Assembly (NCBI GenBank): GCA_048885525.1
Contig: JBHLLP010000032.1
Span: 1 to 41,744 of the forward strand
DNA length: 41,744 nucleotides
Reading direction: 5' to 3'
Source: Candidatus Hermodarchaeota archaeon
GTDB lineage: Archaea > Asgardarchaeota > Lokiarchaeia > Sigyniarchaeales > SOKP01
The notes beneath the pieces were generated by a model. That model did not search any database and was not told the DNA's origin. It saw only the letters and a program-made list of their open reading frames with translations. The position numbers and the translations under genes were made by a program. Below are positions 37,969-41,744 of the stretch, in pieces (the first letter of the stretch is position 1; each line of letters begins with the position of its first letter).

Positions 37969-39792
37969 GTGATGTTTTTAAAATTGAAGAATAATAAAGA
38001 AATAAAACTTCTAATTATGATAACAATTTCTATTTTTATGGGTTTAAGTTTAATCTCATTTTGTATGAATGTTGTATTCTATATATATAAAAAGAAAAAA
38101 TATTACTTAAGCCGAATTAAAATGTTGATTTTAGGGATTCTAATATGCACTACTGTCTTTCTTATTATAAATTTGCCAAATTTTGTCAATAATAATTCTG
38201 TTTCATTTATAGATACGATACAAGGATTTTTTATTCCAACAGTTATATTCAATCTATCTAATATTTTATATAGTAGTTCAGTTATTCTTTTTCTATTAAG
38301 TTTTATGCAAAGTGATGAGAATGTTGTAGATCTTGAAATCCCTACACATTTAAGTAATAAAAAAGGTAATATACCTATTGGAAGAATATTAAAAGGGAAA
38401 GCTAAAAAGCAGAGGTTTTATCTAGCCCTAAAGGATCTTGAGAAGCATATGTTTATATGTGGAGCAACAGGAACGGGAAAAAGTAACTTTTTACAAAATT
38501 TCCTTATCAATTTTAAAAAAATCTATAACATTCCTTTTTTCTTGGTTGAATTTAAAGGAGAATATCACTTTCTTCAAAAATCTGTTGATGAAGTTCTTAT
38601 ATTATGGCCTGGTGAAAATTTCTCTATAAATATTTTTAATCCAGAAAATGTGAGCCCTATTATTCATGCTGAAAGAATATTTGACATTTTAAAAAGTGGG
38701 AAGTTTTTGGATGAAAATTCTGAGTTTTCTCCACAAATGGAAAAGGTTCTAGTTGAAATATTAGTCAAAGTCTGTGGAAACAAAGACTTTCAAAACTGGA
38801 AAGGGTTTGAGCATCTTTGTAAAGAGTATTTAAAAAATAATAAAAATATAATCCCAATGCTAGCTCAAACGCTCATTAGTATTAAAAATCGAATCAGGAG
38901 GTTTTCAGTGGGGCCATTAAGGGTGTTATTCGAAAATAAGCATGAAATAAACATGTATGATTTGTTTAAAAAGAACGTAATCATGGATTTAAGCTCGATT
39001 ATTCGTTTAGGCGGTGAAAAAGAGGATGCTTTGTTCTTTCTAAACATGATTCTAAAATATTTATGGGATATAAATTTAACAAAAGGCTCACATGATTTCA
39101 ATGGAATCCAGCATATCACCATTATTGAAGATGCTCAGTATTTCGCTCCACAAGACTTAATGAAAAAAAGCAAATTAACAACCTATTTGGAAGATATTGC
39201 TTTATTACAAAGAGGGACAGGTGAATGCTTGATTACGTTAGCCACTCGTCCAGATATAAGTAAAGAAATCTTGGCGAACAATGGAGTTGTATTAACGTTT
39301 AAAAATCATATGGAGAAGGATATCATGTGTGAACTATTAAATATAGATATTGAAAATAAGAATTTCTTGTCAATTTTAGAGGAGGGTCAATGTATTATAA
39401 GAGTAAACTCAATTAAAGAATCTTTTTTGTTGAACGTTCCCTTAATAAAACATAGTTCAATATCAATTTCAGAAATCCAAAAAAATAATAACAAAATCCT
39501 AAATAAACCAAAAAGTAGTCTTAATTTGAAATCTGAATCGAGAATTAATATTATAGACCATAATGTTAAAAAAAATGGAATTGAAATTAAGAACCCAATT
39601 CTAAATAAATCTGAAAATATGATTGAGAGTAATAATCAAACTAAAGAGATTGTTTCTCAAAAATTTTCATCAATTATAAATAATTCTAAAAGTAAGATTA
39701 TATCCTCAGATGCTATTTCTCCAATAGATTCTTATAATGAGTTAGAAAAATATCTTAATCACCTTTACAAGTTGCAAAAGAAAAAGGAATAA
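37969..39792 (+). CDS. Membrane-anchored HerA/DUF87-family (FtsK-HerA superfamily) ATPase
   Basis: About 3 N-terminal hydrophobic segments, KHMFICGATGTGKS, EFKGEY, Walker B IIEDAQ, LEEGQCII; low-complexity Asn/Ser/Lys tail. Confidence 0.8.
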   Translation: MMFLKLKNNKEIKLLIMITISIFMGLSLISFCMNVVFYIYKKKKYYLSRIKMLILGILICTTVFLIINLPNFVNNNSVSFIDTIQGFFIPTVIFNLSNILYSSSVILFLLSFMQSDENVVDLEIPTHLSNKKGNIPIGRILKGKAKKQRFYLALKDLEKHMFICGATGTGKSNFLQNFLINFKKIYNIPFFLVEFKGEYHFLQKSVDEVLILWPGENFSINIFNPENVSPIIHAERIFDILKSGKFLDENSEFSPQMEKVLVEILVKVCGNKDFQNWKGFEHLCKEYLKNNKNIIPMLAQTLISIKNRIRRFSVGPLRVLFENKHEINMYDLFKKNVIMDLSSIIRLGGEKEDALFFLNMILKYLWDINLTKGSHDFNGIQHITIIEDAQYFAPQDLMKKSKLTTYLEDIALLQRGTGECLITLATRPDISKEILANNGVVLTFKNHMEKDIMCELLNIDIENKNFLSILEEGQCIIRVNSIKESFLLNVPLIKHSSISISEIQKNNNKILNKPKSSLNLKSESRINIIDHNVKKNGIEIKNPILNKSENMIESNNQTKEIVSQKFSSIINNSKSKIISSDAISPIDSYNELEKYLNHLYKLQKKKE

Positions 39793-39820
39793 TTTTAAGA
39801 AATCATGATTCATTATACAT

Positions 39821-41038
39821 ATGACATTAACAATAGGAATTATTGGAAAGCCTAGCAGTGGAAAAACAACATTTTTAAATGCGGCTTGTTTAACTCATGC
39901 TAAGGTTAGTGAAATACCATTTACTACAATTGATCCTAATAAAGGAGTAGCTTATGTAAAAAGTGAATGTGTTTGTAAAGAATTAAATGTCACAGATAAT
40001 CCACAAAATTCAATATGTATTGATGGTACTCGTTTTATCCCAATAAATTTAATTGATGTTGCGGGTTTAGTTCCAGATGCCCATAAGGGAAAAGGTTTAG
40101 GGAATAAATTTTTAAATGACTTGATCAAAGCTGATGTTTTACTCCATATTGTGGATATTACTGGATCCCTTGATAAATCTGGACAACTAGTATCTATGGG
40201 AGAAAACGATCCATATGAGGATATAATGTTTCTAGAAGATGAAATTAATTTATGGTTTAAAGAAATCCTTGAAAGACAAGATTGGACGAAATTTACTAAG
40301 ACAATAACAACAGAGAAGAGAAAAGTTGCTGAGGCACTATATGATAGGTTGTCAGGTGTAAAAATTACTAAAAAACAGATAATTCTCTCATTAAAAGATG
40401 CCGATTTAGAAGGTAAAAATCCCTCTACATGGTCGGAAATTGAGCTTTTAGAGTTTATAAAAATTTTAAGAAGGAGATCTAAACCAATTTTAATTTTAGC
40501 AAATAAAATTGATAAAGAAATTAGTGATGATAATTTAAAAGAGTTAAAGAAGAAATATCAGGGTACTATTATCCCATGTAGTGCATTAGCAGAGCATTTC
40601 TTAAGAAAATATCATGAAGAAAAATTAATTAATTATATACCGGGATCAATTAACTTTGATATTATTGACCAAAATAAATTGAAATCTGAAGAGCTAGAAA
40701 TGCTAAAAAAGATAAAAGTGAAAATTTTAAATAAATACGGAGGTACGGGAATTCAAAATGCATTAGATTATGCGTCGTTTAGTATTGCAAATCAAATTTG
40801 TGTTTATCCGGTATCAGACATTAATTCATATTCAGATAACAAAAATAATGTTTTACCAGATGCATTTCTTATAGAAAAAGGAACACTGCTGAAAGATTTT
40901 GTTAGGGAAAAAATACATAGTGAATTAGCTGAAAATTTTATGTTTGGTATCGATGCTAGGTCAAAAAGAAGGTTAGGAGAAAACTATGAATTGAATGATG
41001 GAGATATTATAAAAATTGTAACATCAAAAAGTAAATAA
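39821..41038 (+). CDS. ychF: Obg-family YchF-like NTPase
   Basis: GKPSSGKTT, PFTTIDPN, DVAGLVPDAH.G.GLGNKFL, ANKID, C-terminal TGS domain (LPDAF..IHSEL). Confidence 0.92.
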   Translation: MTLTIGIIGKPSSGKTTFLNAACLTHAKVSEIPFTTIDPNKGVAYVKSECVCKELNVTDNPQNSICIDGTRFIPINLIDVAGLVPDAHKGKGLGNKFLNDLIKADVLLHIVDITGSLDKSGQLVSMGENDPYEDIMFLEDEINLWFKEILERQDWTKFTKTITTEKRKVAEALYDRLSGVKITKKQIILSLKDADLEGKNPSTWSEIELLEFIKILRRRSKPILILANKIDKEISDDNLKELKKKYQGTIIPCSALAEHFLRKYHEEKLINYIPGSINFDIIDQNKLKSEELEMLKKIKVKILNKYGGTGIQNALDYASFSIANQICVYPVSDINSYSDNKNNVLPDAFLIEKGTLLKDFVREKIHSELAENFMFGIDARSKRRLGENYELNDGDIIKIVTSKSK

Positions 41039-41379
41039 TTAAACCTAATCTTGTTTGGAAGTTAAGAGTATATAAATAAGTATAATAATTAGTAAGATAA
41101 TACCGAAAAAGACAAGGATGAAATTATACATTTCAGCAGCTTCGGTAATAACTTGAAATAAAAAAAGAATGATTAATAATAATGTTCCAAAATACTTCAT
41201 ACTTATAATGAATATTTAATTAATAATTAAAAAATTTCTTATTTTTGTTAAGAGTGAAAAGTTAATCTTAAAAAGCAAATATAGCTAAGCCATTACTTTT
41301 CAAACTCTAGATATTATTTTTAATCATTCTGTTAATGTTAGATTCAGATATTTTTAATATTTTCAAATTTAATGAAAAA

Positions 41380-41481
41380 TGGACCTGACGGGAATTGAAC
41401 CCGTGACCTCTTGAATGCAAGTCAAGCGTTGTAGGTAGGTACAACAACGAACCCAACAATCTTCCACTGATCTACAGGCCC
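41380..41481 (-). tRNA. tRNA-Ala(TGC) with a 30-nt intron at 24/25 (41429-41458)
   Basis: GGGCCTG/CAGGTCC-A with G3:U70, CTTGA-CTTGCAT-TCAAG, TTCAATT T-loop; intron removal restores the GATC/GATC D-stem. Confidence 0.88.
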
Positions 41482-41670
41482 CGCTTTTTTACATTTTTTA
41501 TTTCTATTAAAAACATTAATAGTTAAAATCTTTTGCTTTTTCAAAGTGAATAATTAGTATTTTCTCAAAAAAAAAAAATTTTATGAAAATATAGTAATAT
41601 AATAGAAAATTAAGGTAAAAGTTAATTAAGAACTCACCTAAGAAAAGATTTATTTCAAATTTAATATTAA

Positions 41671-41744
<74 letters not shown>

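Noticed and set aside
2174-39122. Many 60-130 aa antisense or nested ORFs (for example 2174, 3445, 5544, 8755, 9931, 20339, 21080, 22791, 26776, 27681, 29518, 31461, 33085, 36407, 38438)
   Set aside because: They are shadow frames inside well-supported genes and carry no motifs.
41101-41160. Hairpin TACCGAA..TGAAAT/ATTTCA..TTCGGTA with ATGA...TGA, SECIS-like at a glance
   Set aside because: The helix is too short, there is no apical AA or lower stem, and the upstream ychF has no in-frame TGA. At most it is a terminator or trailer hairpin.

Overview
AT-rich archaeal chromosome segment, most consistent with an Asgard archaeon of the Lokiarchaeia type. That call rests on archaeal information-processing genes plus profilin-like, Rab-like GTPase, tandem roadblock, RING-like, RPA32-like and PAC4-like genes. 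The left edge is the 5' end of a 23S rRNA gene and the right edge is the 3' end of a 16S rRNA gene followed by tRNA-Ala. All three are on the minus strand, so the 16S-tRNA(Ala)-23S order is kept but split by ~41 kb of core genes (translation and ribosome biogenesis, CoA and methanofuran synthesis, FtsZ, TFB, RPA, thermosome). Highlights read from the sequence: (1) an aIF1/SUI1 gene missed by the ORF track with no in-frame ATG/GTG/TTG near its N-terminus, apparently starting at ATT, which suggests infC/eIF1-like autoregulation; (2) all six tRNA genes are interrupted, with 10 BHB-type introns, 8 at non-canonical positions, including a three-intron tRNA-Asn and a tRNA-Leu(CAA) whose anticodon sits in a 5-nt micro-exon; (3) a tRNA-Glu with C33; (4) a profilin with an extra C-terminal helical domain; (5) a small Rpo12 gene missed by the ORF track. 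No CRISPR array or mobile element was seen. All protein calls come from manual motif recognition, not database searches.
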